Positions 13,441 through 28,164 of a DNA stretch of 64,000 nt are shown here, piece by piece. Below the pieces are notes generated by a model that saw only the letters and a list, made by a program, of their open reading frames with translations, had not been told where the DNA came from and searched no databases. The translations under genes and the position numbers were made by a program. The stretch is from NCBI RefSeq assembly GCF_006345805.1, contig NC_043001.1, positions 129,084,001 to 129,148,000 of the forward strand, read 5' to 3'. Numbering within the stretch: position 1 is the first letter of the stretch; each line of letters starts with the position of its first letter. The DNA comes from Octopus sinensis. Lineage: Eukaryota.

Positions 13441-13554
13441 ATAATAATAATAATAATAATAATAATGATGATGATGATGATAATAATAATAATAATTTAA
13501 CTTTAATTTAACTTTTAAAAAAAATGAACGAACTAGTGAGTTTAGTTTAATGGC

Positions 13555-13645
13555 CTACCAATGTATAATATGAGTTTCTTTGCCCTAGGAGTCGGGAAGA
13601 CACTCGGCAAGAAATGGAAGCAAATTTGAAAGAAGACAAAAAAAA
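13555..13645 (+). mobile_element. 3' UTR-only copy of the R4 subfamily at 12671
   Basis: tgccctagg...acact(t/c)ggc(g/a)agaaa(c/t)ggaag matches 12950-13020; followed by (TAA)n. Confidence 0.7.
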
Positions 13646-13676
13646 TAATAATAATAATGATGATGATAATAATAAT

Positions 13677-14075
13677 TCTTTCTATGAAAGGGCCATAGGC
13701 CTGAAATTTTGAGAGAAGGGCCTAGTTATATTCATTAACCACAGTGCCCAACTGGTGCTTTGTTGGTCCTGAAAGGATGAAAAACAAAATCAGCCCTGTT
13801 GGAATGTGAACCCAGAATGGGAAAAACCAGAAGAAATTACTGCAAAGCATTGTGCCAGGATACTAAAGATTCTGCAAGCTCACTCACTGCCTCCTTAGGT
13901 GGGAGGTGGTTAATTGAAACCATTAACTCCAAAACTTGACTGGTACCTTATTTTATCAACCCTAAAAGGATGAAAGGGAAAAACTGACCTCTGTGGGATT
14001 TGAACTCAGAAAGTAAAGAGCTAGAACAAACACCACAAAGTATTTTTTTCCCAACATTCAATCAGCTCATTGCCT
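13677..14075 (-). mobile_element. Two adjacent degenerate SINE family A copies
   Basis: Core ctgaaaggatgaaa...atgtgaacccagaa and ctaaaaggatgaaag...atttgaactcagaa, twice. Confidence 0.7.
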
Positions 14076-14099
14076 AATAACAATAATAATAATAACAGC

Positions 14100-14160
<61 letters not shown>

Positions 14161-14164
<4 letters not shown>

Positions 14165-14546
14165 TAGAAATCAGCAAAATGTGGAACCTGAAGACTAAAA
14201 CAATACCCGTTGTCATAGGTGCCCTGGGAATGATAGCAAAAGGGGCTGATCGCTACCTAACTCAGATACCAGGAAACCCCAAAATGGCAGAAATTCAAAA
14301 GATAGTGCTCATGGGAACTGCTCATATCCTACGCAAAATACTTTCTATGTAATCTCAAGTTTTAAAACAAACATCTTTCGTTTTTTTAATTTTTTTTTTA
14401 GGCATTCACTAGTACAACACTAAATACAAAACCAAATATATGGCACACTAGGCATAACAACAATACGAACTTCCAATCTGTTGCCTCTTGAAGTCTCTGG
14501 GTGAGACTTGGAGCCAACTTGTACAAATATTAAGCAAAAGTCAAAC

Positions 14547-14549
<3 letters not shown>
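14161..14549 (+). mobile_element. R4/Dong LINE 3' fragment (same subfamily as 34111 and 35292)
   Basis: KIEISKMWNLKTKTIPVVIGALGMIAKGADRYLTQIPGNPKMAEIQKIVLMGTAHILRKILSM*; ends gcaaaagtcaaacat; (TAA)n on both sides. Confidence 0.9.
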
Positions 14550-14606
<57 letters not shown>

Positions 14607-14619
14607 TAATAATAATTAA

Positions 14620-14945
14620 TTCTGGTTTATTGGCCACAAGGGCTAACAAAAATCAAAGAAACATGTAAGGACAAAGACAGGACGAAAAGTACAAAGGGTT
14701 TTGTCTGATGGAAAGGTCTGTGTAAACATTCAAAATAACAACGAAAATATATATAACAAGTAAAACTCCCAATAGGGGAAGGTGCTTCAAAAGGTTACTC
14801 ATGGAAAAACCCATAAAAACCACGAGAGCCTGGTCAAAAAGGGGTAGAGAGCCCCTTTCTCCTTTTATATTACCTTTTTTTTTTACAGGTGTAACCTCAG
14901 AATTGGTCTGTTCATAATGGCCATTTTACCGACATTCACCCATCT
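14620..14945 (-). mobile_element. Possible L1/Tx1-like 3' end
   Basis: Minus strand ends gcccttgtggccaataaa; similar to 6908-7110. Confidence 0.35.
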
Positions 14946-14991
14946 TTCAATAAATTTGCTACGAGACAGCACTTCCCTCTCTACTTGATAA

Positions 14992-15455
14992 TCCTCTCTA
15001 TTGGAAGCACAAGGCCTCAAATTTGGGGAAAGGGATTAAGTTGATTACACTGACCCCAGTGCATAACTGGTACAAATTTTATCGACTCCAAAAGAATGAA
15101 AGTCAAAGTCGACCTCAGCAGAATTTGAACTCAGAATATAGTAGCAGATGAAATACTGCTAAGCATTTCACCCAGTGTGCTGTGCTAATGGTTCTGTCAG
15201 TTCACCGCTTTAAAAATATAAATAATAGTAATAATAATAATAGTTTCAAATTTTACTACAAGGACAGCAGTTTTGGAGTAAGGGATGAGTCAATTACATC
15301 AACCCCAGTGTTCAACTGGTACTTATTTTATCGACCTCGAAAGGGGTGAAAGGTAAATTCGACTTTGGCAGAATTTGAACTCAGAGCGTAGCGATGGGCA
15401 AAATACCGCTAAGCATTTTGTCCAGTGTGCTAACGATTCTGCCAGCTCTCCGCCT
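14992..15455 (-). mobile_element. Two tandem SINE family A copies (about 14992-15212 and 15243-15455)
   Basis: Each has gattacac/tc..accccagtg...aaagtcgac...atttgaactcaga...ctgccagc. Confidence 0.85.
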
Positions 15456-16037
15456 TAATAATAATAATAATAATATAATAATAATAATAACAACAACAAT
15501 AATAATCGAAAAGAACAGTGGAAACAAAAAAACAAAACATTCAAAACTGATGTAAAAAAAAAACTGTGAAGGATATACAGCAAAATGATATGATAACAAA
15601 TCAGAAATTACCAATCACACATATATATAGATTATAGATTTTACTATGATGTCCTTTGTCAATCACACTACAGGTGAATGTAACATTGATTTCTGCATGG
15701 TGATGCTTATTTTTTTTCTGTTTTCGTTCCTCATTATTTTGTTCTTGAAGAATATATTTGGAGACATGGTGTAAAAAAAAAAAAAAAAGACAAAAAAGGA
15801 AAAGAAGAGAAGCCATTCAGGCTACATACTTCAGGGTGGGGTCGAATGTGTGGACGAAAAGTTTGCTTTTCAATATATGTGATTATGTCCATATAATCCT
15901 ATGTCTGTGTTGATATTACATGTGATGATAGTGAAAGATGAATGTGACAGTGTTATATATTTATAATATATATATGTGTGTGTGTGTATGGTGTCTGTGT
16001 ATATATATATATATTCACACCAAAAGCTTATATATAT

Positions 16038-16109
<72 letters not shown>

Positions 16110-16424
16110 CACATATACACACACATATATACATACATACATGCACACATGCTTGCATGTACAAAAACACAGATGTACATGTATGTTTGCATGTATATAC
16201 TGAAAATGATAGCCATTCAAAAAGTAATATTGAGCCATATCTACATATATTTAATTTATTTTCTGTTTGCTTATTGTGGCAGATATAGGAACAAGTTTAT
16301 TTATGGGCATGTGGACACTCACACATACACACACACACACTCTCTCTCTCTCTCTCTCACACACACACAAACCTACATATATATATATTAAACAAACAAA
16401 TGATGTATTAAGCAAACTATATGC

Positions 16425-16455
<31 letters not shown>

Positions 16456-16555
16456 ATATAAATGCAAAAATATTTTAATAATCGCAAATACTTATATACA
16501 AGTGAAGATATATATTGACAAAATACACGTTTGCATATCTATATAAATATACATC

Positions 16556-16592
<37 letters not shown>

Positions 16593-16691
16593 CATACATA
16601 CGCACACCTATATATATATATACATACATATAAATATATATATACATACACACACATATGCACATACACACACACACATACACACACAGAG

Positions 16692-16722
<31 letters not shown>

Positions 16723-17631
16723 AGTGGGTGTGTGAGTGTGTATACATGCAAACACACAAAGGCACACACCAGGCAACAGCTCATACAGTTTATGAAACAA
16801 CAAACAGAACGTAAACCCTGATGTTGGAAGTAAAGTAAATATTATTGTAAGGCCACCAATATTGGCAATGAAAAGAAGTTGCCAACCCCCACTCCCACCC
16901 CAATCCTCACCACATACTTTTATAATATATACATATATGAATTATATATATGATATATTAGCAAGTGTGTATGAGGGGGGCTTTGTTTGCATATGTATAT
17001 ATATATATGTAAACAAACACACACATATATATATATATATGTATATATGTGTGCTTACATATATATGTGTGTGTGTGTGTGTATATATATGTATATATGT
17101 AAATATATGTGTGTATGTATACATGTATATATATATGTGTGTGCATATATATATATATTATGCATGTGTATATATATGTGTATGATTTTATGCATGCGCA
17201 TATGTTTGCATGAGTGTGTGTTGTAAGTATACCATACTCTCCCATATACAAATGTATACATATGTATATATATTACACATACACATATGTACATTTATCT
17301 TTTCCAATTCTGACAGTGCACATACAAAAAATGCACAGTACTGAAAAAAAACATACAAGAAACACACACATTCACACAAATAAATACATACATACACATT
17401 TATTTCCAAAATAATGTAACGAAAATAATTAAACTACTCCCAAAACGAAAAAAAAAAAACTCATCTACTGCGAAAATTGCAAAACATATACCATAGTTTC
17501 AGCTTTGTATGCATACACTAGTTCAGATGCTTTTTTTCTAGATCATCCATTTTTACTTGGTCTTTCCCTCCATTTTTACAGTATTTTCCTTTTGTTTCAA
17601 ATTTGCTTCATGCTCAGATCTACCCAAAATT

Positions 17632-17937
17632 TATTTCTTTACTGCCCACAAGGGGCTAAACATAGAGGGGACAAACAAGGACAGACAAACGGATTAAGTC
17701 GATTATATTGACACCAGTGCAGAACTGGTACTTATTTAATCGACCCCGAAAGGATGAAAGGCAAAGTGGACCTCGGTGGAATTTGAACTCAGAACGTTTG
17801 AGTACCTGGAAAGAGGCAATCCTACCAGTAAATCTGATAGGAAGAGGACACACCAATTCTATTCATCCTAAAGTGAACATAGAGATGCAAGAAATATGTT
17901 GTGCTTGAGGTCCCCGACACTTGGCTATGAAGATGGG

Positions 17938-17974
<37 letters not shown>

Positions 17975-19710
17975 GGGACAAACAAGGACAGACAAAGGAA
18001 TTAAGTCGATTACATCGACCACAGTGCTTAACTGGTATTTATTTAATCGACCCCAAAAGGATGAAAGGCAAAGTCGACCTCGGTGGAATTTGAACTCAGA
18101 ACGTAGCGGCAGACGAAGAACCTATTTCTTTACTGCCCACAAGGGGCTACACACAGAGGAGACAAACAAGGACAGACAAAGGAATTAAGTCGATTACATC
18201 GACCACAGTGCTTAACTGGTATTTATTTAATCGACCCTGAAAGGATGAAAGGCAAAGTGGACCTCGGCGGAATTTGAACTCAGAATGTAACGGCAGACGA
18301 AGTACCTATTTCTTTACTGCCCACAAGGGGCTACACACAGAGGAGACAAACAAGGACAGACAAACGGATTAAGTCGATTATATCGACCCCAGTGCGTAAC
18401 TGGTACTTATTTAATCGACCCCAAAAGGATGAAAGGCAAAGTCGACCTCGGTGGAATTTGAACTCAGAACGTAGCGGCAGACGAAGAACCTATTTCTTTA
18501 CTGCCCACAAGGGGCTACACACAGAGGAGACAAACAAGGACAGACAAAGGAATTAAGTCGATTACATCGACCACAGTGCTTAACTGGTATTTATTTAATC
18601 GATCCTGAAAGGATGAAAGGCAAAGTGGACCTCGGCGGAATTTGAACTCAGAACGTAGCGGCAGACGAAGTACCTATTTCTTTACTGCCCACAAGGGGCT
18701 ACACACAGAGGAGACAAACAAAGACAGACAGACGGATTAAGTCGATTATATTGACACCAGTGCAGAACTGGTATTTATTTAATCGACCCCAAAAGGATGA
18801 AAGGCAAAGTGGACCTTGGCGGAATTTGAACTCAGAATGTAACGGCAGATGAAATACCTATTTCTTTAATGCCCACAAGGGGCTAAACAAAGAGGGGACA
18901 AACAAGGACAGACAAAGGGATTAAGTCGATTACATCGACCCAGTGCGTAACTGGTACTTATTTAATCGACCCCGAAGGGATGAAAGGCAATGTCGACTTT
19001 GGCAGAATTTGAACTTAGAACATAGCAGCAGACGAAGTACCTATTTCTTTATTGCCCACAAGGGGCTAAACACAAAGGGGACAAACAAGGACAGACAAAC
19101 GGATTAAGTTGATTATATTGACCCCAGTGCGTAACTGGTACTTATTTAATCAACCTCGAAAGGATGAGAGGCAAAGTTGACCTCGGCAGAATTTGAAATA
19201 AGAACGTAACGGAAGACGAAGCACCTATTTCTTTACTGCCCACAAGGGGCTACACACAGAGGAGACAAACAAGGACAGACAAACGGATTAAGTCGATTAT
19301 ATCGACCCCAGTGCATAACTGGTACTTATCTAATCAACCCCGAAAGGATGAAAGGCAAAGTTGACCTCGGCGGAATTTGAACTCAGAACGTAGCGGAAGA
19401 CGAAATACCTATTTCTTTATTACCCACAAGGGGCTAAACACAGAGGGAACAAACAAGGACAGACATAGGTATTAAGTCGATTACATTGACCCCAGTTCGT
19501 AGCTGGTACTTAATTTATCGACCCCGAAAGGATGAAAAGCGAAGTTGACCTCGGCGGAATTTGAACTCAGAACATAGAGGCAGACAAAATACCGCTAAGC
19601 ATTTCGCCCGGCATGCTAATGTTTCTACCAGCTCACTGCCTTTTTTCAGCAGACAAAATACCGCTAAGCATTTCGCCCGGTGAGCTAACGATTCTGCCAG
19701 CTTGCCACCC
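17632..19710 (-). repeat. Tandem multimer of SINE family A: ten ~184-bp units plus two tRNA-like heads
   Basis: Unit start tatttctttactgccc at 17632, 18123, 18307, 18491, 18675, 18859, 19042, 19226, 19410 (unit 2 lacks its start); heads end at 19640 and 19710. Confidence 0.95.
17800..17970. mobile_element. ~170-bp interspersed repeat inserted in the SINE array; second copy at ~22885-23035
   Basis: cctaccagtaaat...acaccaattctattcatcctaaagtgaaca...acacttggctatgaagatgg+(CA)n occurs at both sites. Confidence 0.8.
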
Positions 19711-20126
19711 TCAAAAATGAATTAACTATTAGATAGAATGCCTTGTGGTGTTTGGTCTGACTTTCTGCACTCTGAGTTCAAATCCTAGCAATGTTAACCT
19801 TGCCTTTCATTTCTGTGTTGGCGGTTAATAAAAAAAATGTACCAATTCAGGGCAGGAGATTAGTGAAACTGCAAGAGGGTTAACAAAGTGCCTTGTGGTA
19901 TTTGTTAGGGTTCTTGGTGTGCAGGCAGTAGAGACTGATGACAAGCCAGTATGGAAAGCAAATGTAAAACATAATAATAATAATAATGTCAATAATAATA
20001 TGTGTGTGTGTGTGTGTATGTGGATAGGTTTGTGAATCTTTTATTTTTTTATCTGCTTCAGTTATTAAACTGTGGCAATGCTGGGGCACCACCTTGAAAA
20101 ACTTTTAGTTGAATGAATCAACTCCA

Positions 20127-20420
20127 CGCAATGGCCCAGTGATTAGGGTAGTGGACTCGCAGTCGGAGGATTGCGATTTCGATTCCCAGACCGGGTGTTG
20201 TGTGTGTTTATTGAGTGAAAACACCTAGAGCTCCATGAGGCTCCAGCAGAGGGTGATGGCGACCCCTGTTGTACTCTTTCGCCCCAACTTTCTCTCACTC
20301 TCTCTTCCTGTTTCTTGAGTAATGCTGCGATGGACTGGTGTCCTGTCCAGCTGGGGGAGACACATATGCCACAGAAACCAGGAAACCAGGCCCATGAGCC
20401 TGGCTAGGCTTGAAAAGAGT
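20127..20420 (+). mobile_element. SINE family C
   Basis: tRNA-like head cgcaatggcccagtgattagggtagtggactcgc...ttcgattccc; tail gccacagaaaccagg. Confidence 0.85.
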
Positions 20421-20797
20421 AAAAAAAACTTATTCTATAAGTCTCTTTTTGCTGAACTGTTAAACTATAGGGACAGAAACAAACCAACACCAGTCATCAA
20501 GGAGTGGTGACACACACATGAAGTGCCAAAGGAACTTGTCTGGAGAACATAACCCTTCCTTGACAACCTGGATTGTTTATTTTAGTTTACTAAATGACCG
20601 TAATGAAATTCTACCTCCACTATAGAGAATTATGGCCTGATGAGTCATCCATAAAGCCAAGTATTTTATAGACGCAAAACCATTTGTCACTTTATGACCA
20701 GACATATACCTAACTGCATAAATATATATATATATGATGGGCTTCTTTCAGTTTCTGTTTACCAAATCCACTCACAAGGCTTTCATCGGCCTGAGAC

Positions 20798-20828
<31 letters not shown>

Positions 20829-21004
20829 GTGTATGTGTGTGTGTATGTGCTATATTAGAAGTAAGACACCTGCCCAAGGTGTCACACAGTGGGACTGAAC
20901 CTAGAACCGTGTGGTTGGGAAGCAAGATTCTTACCACACAGCCACACCTGTGCCTGTCTTCACATATACACATACATGAATGTAATGCAGAAAGATAAAC
21001 ATCA

Positions 21005-21414
21005 TAGGTGCAGGAGTGGCTGTGTGGTAAGTAGCTTGTTTACCAACCACATGGTTCCGGGTTCAGTCCCATTGCGTGGCACCTTGGGCAAGTGTCTTCT
21101 GCTATAGCCTCGGGCCGACCAAAGCCTTGTGAGTGGATTTGGTAGACGGAAACTGAAAGAAGCCCGTCGTATATATGTATATATATATGTATGTGTGTGT
21201 GTTTGTGTGTCTGTGTTTGTCCCCCTAGCATTGCTTGACAACCGATGCTGGTGTGTTTATGTCCCCGTTACTTAGCGGTTCGGCAAAAGAGACCGATAGA
21301 ATAAGTACTGGGCTTACAAAAGAATAAGTCCCGGGGTCGAGTTGCTCGATTAAAGGCGGTGCTCCAGCATGGCCGCAGTCAAATGACTGAAACAAGTAAA
21401 AGAGTAAAAAGAGT
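21005..21414 (+). mobile_element. SINE family B, full length
   Basis: ggagtggctgtgtggtaag A-box, gggttcagtccc B-box, internal microsatellite, (aaaagagt) tail. Confidence 0.92.
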
Positions 21415-22166
21415 ATCATTATCATAATCACCACTGCTGCCACCACCACTACCTCTGCCATCATCACCATCTTATCCACAATTGGCACCAATTCTCTGTG
21501 TCTTTTCCTTATTATATTTTTTCAATTTCTTTCTTGTTTTTTTTTTTGTTCTTCTTTTTCTATGCAAGCCTCGATGTTTGAAAAGATTGAGGATTTTGCA
21601 ATACCATTTTGTGATCTTTCTTTCCCAAACTGAAGCCAAACATGAAAGATTCTGACTGAGGAATTACCACTGATAACAACAATAATAATTACAGCGATTA
21701 AGAAGATGCTGCTGCTGATGATGATGTGTGTGTGTTTCTAAAGAGATTAGATTAGTTATTTATGTTGTGGGTATTTTGTTTATATCTTGCAAATAATTTA
21801 AACATTTTGACAATGATGACAATAATAAAAAAAATTGCCATAAAAATAGTGCTAAAGATATAAAAATGATGGCAGGATATAAAATAAAATAAAATAAATG
21901 AAATAAAATAAATAAAATAAAATAAATGAAAAAGAAAGCCTCCAGACAAAAAACTTTTGATGATTAAAGATAAAATGTACACTCACTACGTACATGTGTG
22001 TGTTGTGTGTACACAAACACACACACACATATTAACACTCATGCGCGCACACACAGAGACACACACATACACACACACACATATCTTGGCAGCATGGAAA
22101 GTGGACATCAAATGATGATGACAGTGATACACACACACATACACACAAACTTAAAAGGAATATATC

Positions 22167-22201
<35 letters not shown>

Positions 22202-22249
22202 CTATATATCTCTCTATATATATATGTGTGTGTGTGAGTGCATGTGGAT

Positions 22250-22290
<41 letters not shown>

Positions 22291-22440
22291 TGTATATATA
22301 TATGTGTGTGTGTATGTGTGTTTGTATATATGTATATTACATATAAGCATATATATTTGCATGTAGATAGATAGACAAATGTAGATGGTTAGATAGATTA
22401 ATTATATGTATATATGATATATATAATTATATGCATAGAT

Positions 22441-22680
<240 letters not shown>

Positions 22681-23247
22681 ATATATATAAATATATATCT
22701 CAATATGCATACACATATACACATGCTGGGTAAATGTGTATATGCGTGCTGTAAGGATACTGGGAGTGAGACACCCTTTCGCTTTTGTAAAAGAATCTCT
22801 CTAACAGAAGGTAGTATTGTATCCCCAATTATCTGGGATATGACTGGGCTTAGTAGCCTTGGAAAGTAGCCAGATTAGAAGTACAACTCGCAACCCTACC
22901 AGTAAATCCTATTGGCAGAGAACACACCAATTCTATTCATCCTAAAGTGAACAAGGAGATGCAAGAAATATGTTGGGCTTGAGATCCCCAACACTTGGCT
23001 ATGAAGATGGAAGCGCACACACACACACACACACAGAGCAACTCCAGCTGTTAACCGTAAGCTATCAAATAACTCTTTGCAGTTTATCAAACTTTGATAC
23101 AGGAAAAAATCTATAACCTTCAACATCAATAAACCACTATTGTTCCTCAAAGTTGTTTTTTATATCTTCTATGGACTGCTTGAAGCTTACTAACTTCCTA
23201 CACATTGATCTTTGAATCTCATCTTTACACCCCCCACACCACACACA

Positions 23248-23298
<51 letters not shown>

Positions 23299-23619
23299 AA
23301 GACCCTTTGGTCACATGTGACCATGGAATTGCACTAAGAAAATTCTTCTCTGAGGCACAAGTCCAGACATGGTTATTTGTAGATCAGCATCACATGCATG
23401 CCAGTCTCCCCTCTCCACATCACCAACGTTGTCCAACGTGAAGACAAAGGTCAATACAGCTTGGCACCAGTCATGTCACCACTGATGTCTACAGCTGAGT
23501 GAAATCAATCACAATGAAATAAGGTGTCAAGAACACAATGTACAGCCTGGTCCAGAAATCTAACAACACAATCTCATGATTGTCAGCCTGATGCATAAAC
23601 CACTGAGCCATTATATCAC

Positions 23620-24200
23620 CATCATCATTTAACGTCTGTTGTCCATGCTGGCATGGGTTGGATGGTTTGACCGGGGTTGATAAGCTGGAAGGCTGCACCA
23701 GACTCCAGTCTAATTTGGCATGGCTTTCTAAGGCTTACACTCTGAGAGTGTAATGGTTGTTTTTACATGCCACTGGCACGGGTGCCATTTGCATGACACC
23801 AGTATCTTCCATGACTGTGATTTTGCTTGGCTTGATGGTTTTTCTTCTCAAAGTCAACATAATGCCAAAGGCCTCAATCATTACATACATGAGGCACAAC
23901 ACCCAAAAGAAACTTAGCCTCCATCGGGCCCAACACTCAGCCACACTGCCTCAATGAGGCCCAATTCTTGAAAGGTGCTCTTTTCATGCCACTGGCAAGG
24001 GTACCATTTGCATGACACCAGTATCTGCCACGACTGTGATTTTGGGTCTTGGTCATTACTTACATGAGGCCCAATGCTCAAAGTAACTCAGCCATTTTGC
24101 CTCCATGTGACCCAATGCTTGAAAGGTGCTCTTTACATGTTACTGTCACAGGTGCCAGCTACATGACACCAGCATCAGCCATGACTATAATTTCACTTGA
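23620..24200 (-). mobile_element. Degenerate family D (RTE 3' UTR) with several subrepeats
   Basis: catcatcatttaacgtc...ccatgctggcatgggttgg, repeated tttt(t)acatgccactggca. Confidence 0.7.
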
Positions 24201-24645
24201 CTTGACAGATCTTTTCTCTTTGACTTGTTTTAGTTTTTGGATTGCAGCAATGCTGGGGTACTGCCTTGAAGGGTTTAGGTGAACAAGTTGACCATAATGC
24301 TTGTTTTATTAAGCTTGGCATTGGTTCTATTGGTCTGTTATGCTAAACCACGAAGTTATAGAGATGTAAAGAAACCAGTAGCTGTTGTCAAGTGGTGAGG
24401 GAACAAACATAAATACAATGATACATACATACATGATGGGCTTCCAGACAGTTTCTGTCTACCAAATTCACTCACAAGGCACTGGTTGGCCTATGGCTGT
24501 AGCAGAAGGCACTTGCTCAAGATGCTGTGCAATGAACCCAAAACCACAGGGCTGCAAAGTGACTTTCTTAAGCACGTGGCCATGCCTGCATCTCTCTCTC
24601 CCTCTCTGCATATATATGTGTGCATGTGCATGTGTATATATATAT

Positions 24646-24699
<54 letters not shown>

Positions 24700-24704
24700 T
24701 ATAT

Positions 24705-24836
24705 ATTTATTTTATAGAAGGAGCTTCTACAGGACTAGAACTGTTTCATTCAAAAGAAATCATCAGGAAGCTTCCTGATGATTTCTTTTGAATGAAACAG
24801 TTCTAGTCCTGTAGAAGCTCCTTCTATAAAATAAAT
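24705..24836. repeat. Perfect 132-bp palindrome (66-bp arms, no spacer)
   Basis: 24705-24770 is the exact reverse complement of 24771-24836; centre ggaag|cttcc. Confidence 0.97.
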
Positions 24837-24904
24837 TAATTTACTCTGCTATGTATTGAGTACCTTATTTACTGTGGTTAACCCCTACTCAACCCGGGAC
24901 CTAC

Positions 24905-24905
<1 letters not shown>
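24771..24905 (+). mobile_element. Penelope-like terminal fragment with hammerhead-like core and inverted 5' duplication
   Basis: CTGATGA-t-ttc-tttt-gaa-t-GAAAC-agttcta-GTC, then aataaa, then (TA)n; canonical stem I absent. Confidence 0.5.
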
Positions 24906-25470
<565 letters not shown>

Positions 25471-25507
25471 GTGTATATATATATACATACACACATACAT
25501 ACATACA

Positions 25508-25985
25508 TCACAAACCATGGTGGCCCACGCTCGATGGTCCTGTGTGAGGTCACTGGAGATTGTGAGCCATTCGTGGTTCCATCTGCGCAGACCGACCACC
25601 TGCGGACCTGAGAGTTCAGAGAGGTGCTCCTTTATCATCGTTGCCCAGGTCTTCAGCTGCCCACCTGTGCATTTGCACCAGCTGGGAAGTGGAGGTGGGA
25701 GGAGGACATCGCAAATCAGCTCACCCTCTGGACGCCAGGCCACATGACCGAACCACCTTAAGCGCCGTTGTAAAAGCACCGAAGGGAGGGGGCCGGAGAT
25801 TCAGGTGATGACGCAGACTGGCTGTAGGAACCCGATCAATGCGTCGGCAGCGAAGAATGTGGTGGAGACAGTCATTAGCAAGATTTAGGGGAGATTTAAC
25901 TGTTATTTCTAGCAGGCTAACAGACAGACAACACAGAGGTATGTTTTTCAATTTTCTGGTATGGTTTACTGGGAATGTTCTACAG
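25508..25985 (-). mobile_element. RTE-clade LINE ORF2 C-terminal fragment
   Basis: NDCLHHILRCRRIDRVP.../LLQRRLRWFGHVAWRPEGELI...GGQLKTWATMIKEHL...QDHRAWATMV. Confidence 0.85.
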
Positions 25986-25988
25986 AAC

Positions 25989-26377
25989 AGGCGCAGGGGT
26001 GGCTGTGTGGTAAGTAGCTTGCTAACCAACCACATGGTTTCGGGTTCAGTCCCACTGCGTGGCATCTTGGGCAAGTGTCTTCTGCTATAGCCTCGGGCTG
26101 ACCAATGCCTTGTGAGTGGATTTGGTAGACAGAAACTGAAAGAAGCCTGTCGTATATATGTATATATATGTGTTTGTGTGTCTGTGTTTGTCTCCCTAGC
26201 ATTGCTTGACAACCGATGCTGGTGTGTTTACGTCGTTCGGCAAAAAGAGACCGATAGAATAAGTACTGGGCTTACAAAGAATAAGTCCCGGGGTTGATTT
26301 GCTCGACTAAAGGCGGTGCTCCAGCATGGCCGCAGTCAAATGACTGAAACAAGTAAAAGAGTAAAAGAGTAAAAGAG
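25989..26377 (+). mobile_element. SINE family B, near full length
   Basis: Colinear with 21005-21414. Confidence 0.92.
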
Positions 26378-27388
26378 AAGAATAGTTACATATTTTTTCA
26401 AAATCTTTAAGAGAGGTGTTGGTATGTTCGGAGAGCCATGTTCATGATAGGGTTATGTAACTAGGTATGAAGTGTCATAAGGATGTGGGCTGATCTCTTA
26501 AGCATTTAATCAGCAGCTACTGTGATGTGTGCTGTACTCTGCTGCATCAAACAACAAGCAATATGCAGTAACTGAGGAAATCGTGAATGATTTAAAATTT
26601 AAAATCTAATATAGCTTTATCACCTTTGAATGAACAAGTTACTTTAGTTAGCATCCGTGTAGCCTCCTCCTCATCCTTGTTCCACCACCATCACAACCAC
26701 TACCATCATTATCATTATTATGCCACTACTGCCACCGCACCCCGCTCCCATCATCATCATCATTGTCGTCAACATTTCCACTGCTGCTACCACCACCACT
26801 ACAACTGCCACCACAACCACCACCAACCAACATCATCGTAATCCCAACCACCACCACCACCACTACCATTATAACCATCATCATCATTATTGTCAACATC
26901 GCTACCACCACTGCCATCAATATCATCATCATCATCATTACCTTCATCATCAAGAACAACAACAATAACAGCAACAACGGTAATGAAATGATGCTGATTG
27001 ATTATAACAGGAATGATTACATGGGTTTTTTTTTTTTCAAGATCATTATATGTTCATGATGATGATACTGAGGAGGAGGACGAGGAGGAGGCGGAGGAGG
27101 AGGGCAGTAAAGCTAACAGTGATGACAATTATGATGATGACAATAATGGTAGACTTTTCTGTTTAGTTTTTTTAATTTTTAATTTTTTTTTTTGTCTTTC
27201 TGATAACCATAATAGTGTAATAGATAATGATGACGATGCTGATAATGATTGTGACAATGACGAAACATTGTGACAGCAATGCAATTAACACTTTTTGAAG
27301 CTGTTTATTAGTAATCTCTGACAATTTTGTTTTTGTCAGTCTAATTGAAACAATCATAAGCATCAGCACTGTGTTTGTATACACCTCT

Positions 27389-27446
<58 letters not shown>

Positions 27447-28164
27447 CCTCCTTTTCTTTGTGTATATTGGGACAAATTTTTTTTCCAAGATTGTGACAAC
27501 TGAATAATGTAATTTTTCATAAATTTCTAAATTGAAAAATATTTTTGTTCACACATCACATCACAACATTACACATACATACACATACCATACACAGCAC
27601 ATACATACATACACATATGTACACATGCAAAAAAAAAAATAATAAAAGAAGAAATTTAAAACATGAAAAAAAAACCCCCCACAAAACAAAATAAAAACTA
27701 TCAGTTCATTCATATTGATACCTTTAACTGATACACACCTCATCAAAAACTGAAAAATTCTGTAAAGACACCAAGGACATAACAAAATACAAAAGTGATA
27801 TAAAAAAAAAGACATAAAAAAAATCTAAAAAAAAAAATTTGTTTTTTAAATGAAATAAAAAGATAAATGGAAAACAATTGAATTGATATTCGTTTGCATC
27901 AGGTTGGTAAAATTGCAACACTGCTGTGACATATAAAGATTTACACTCGTAAATGTTGTTGTTGTTGTTGTTGCTGTTGTCTCTGTCCCCAACTAAAATA
28001 AAATAAATAAATAAATGGATGAATAAATAAATAAAAAATTAGGCTGTCATTGTCAATATTCTTTCTTAATATGAGTCAATGTGTTATGTGCTTTTTAACA
28101 GAACTTCTACGGCAAGACGCCTTTAATTTTTCCTTCCTTGGCGAGTTCATTCACTTCTGAGCAC

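Noticed and set aside
17632-19710. Retrozyme hypothesis for the ~184-bp tandem array
   Set aside because: I found no CUGANGA...GAAA hammerhead core on either strand of the unit; the units are SINE A bodies
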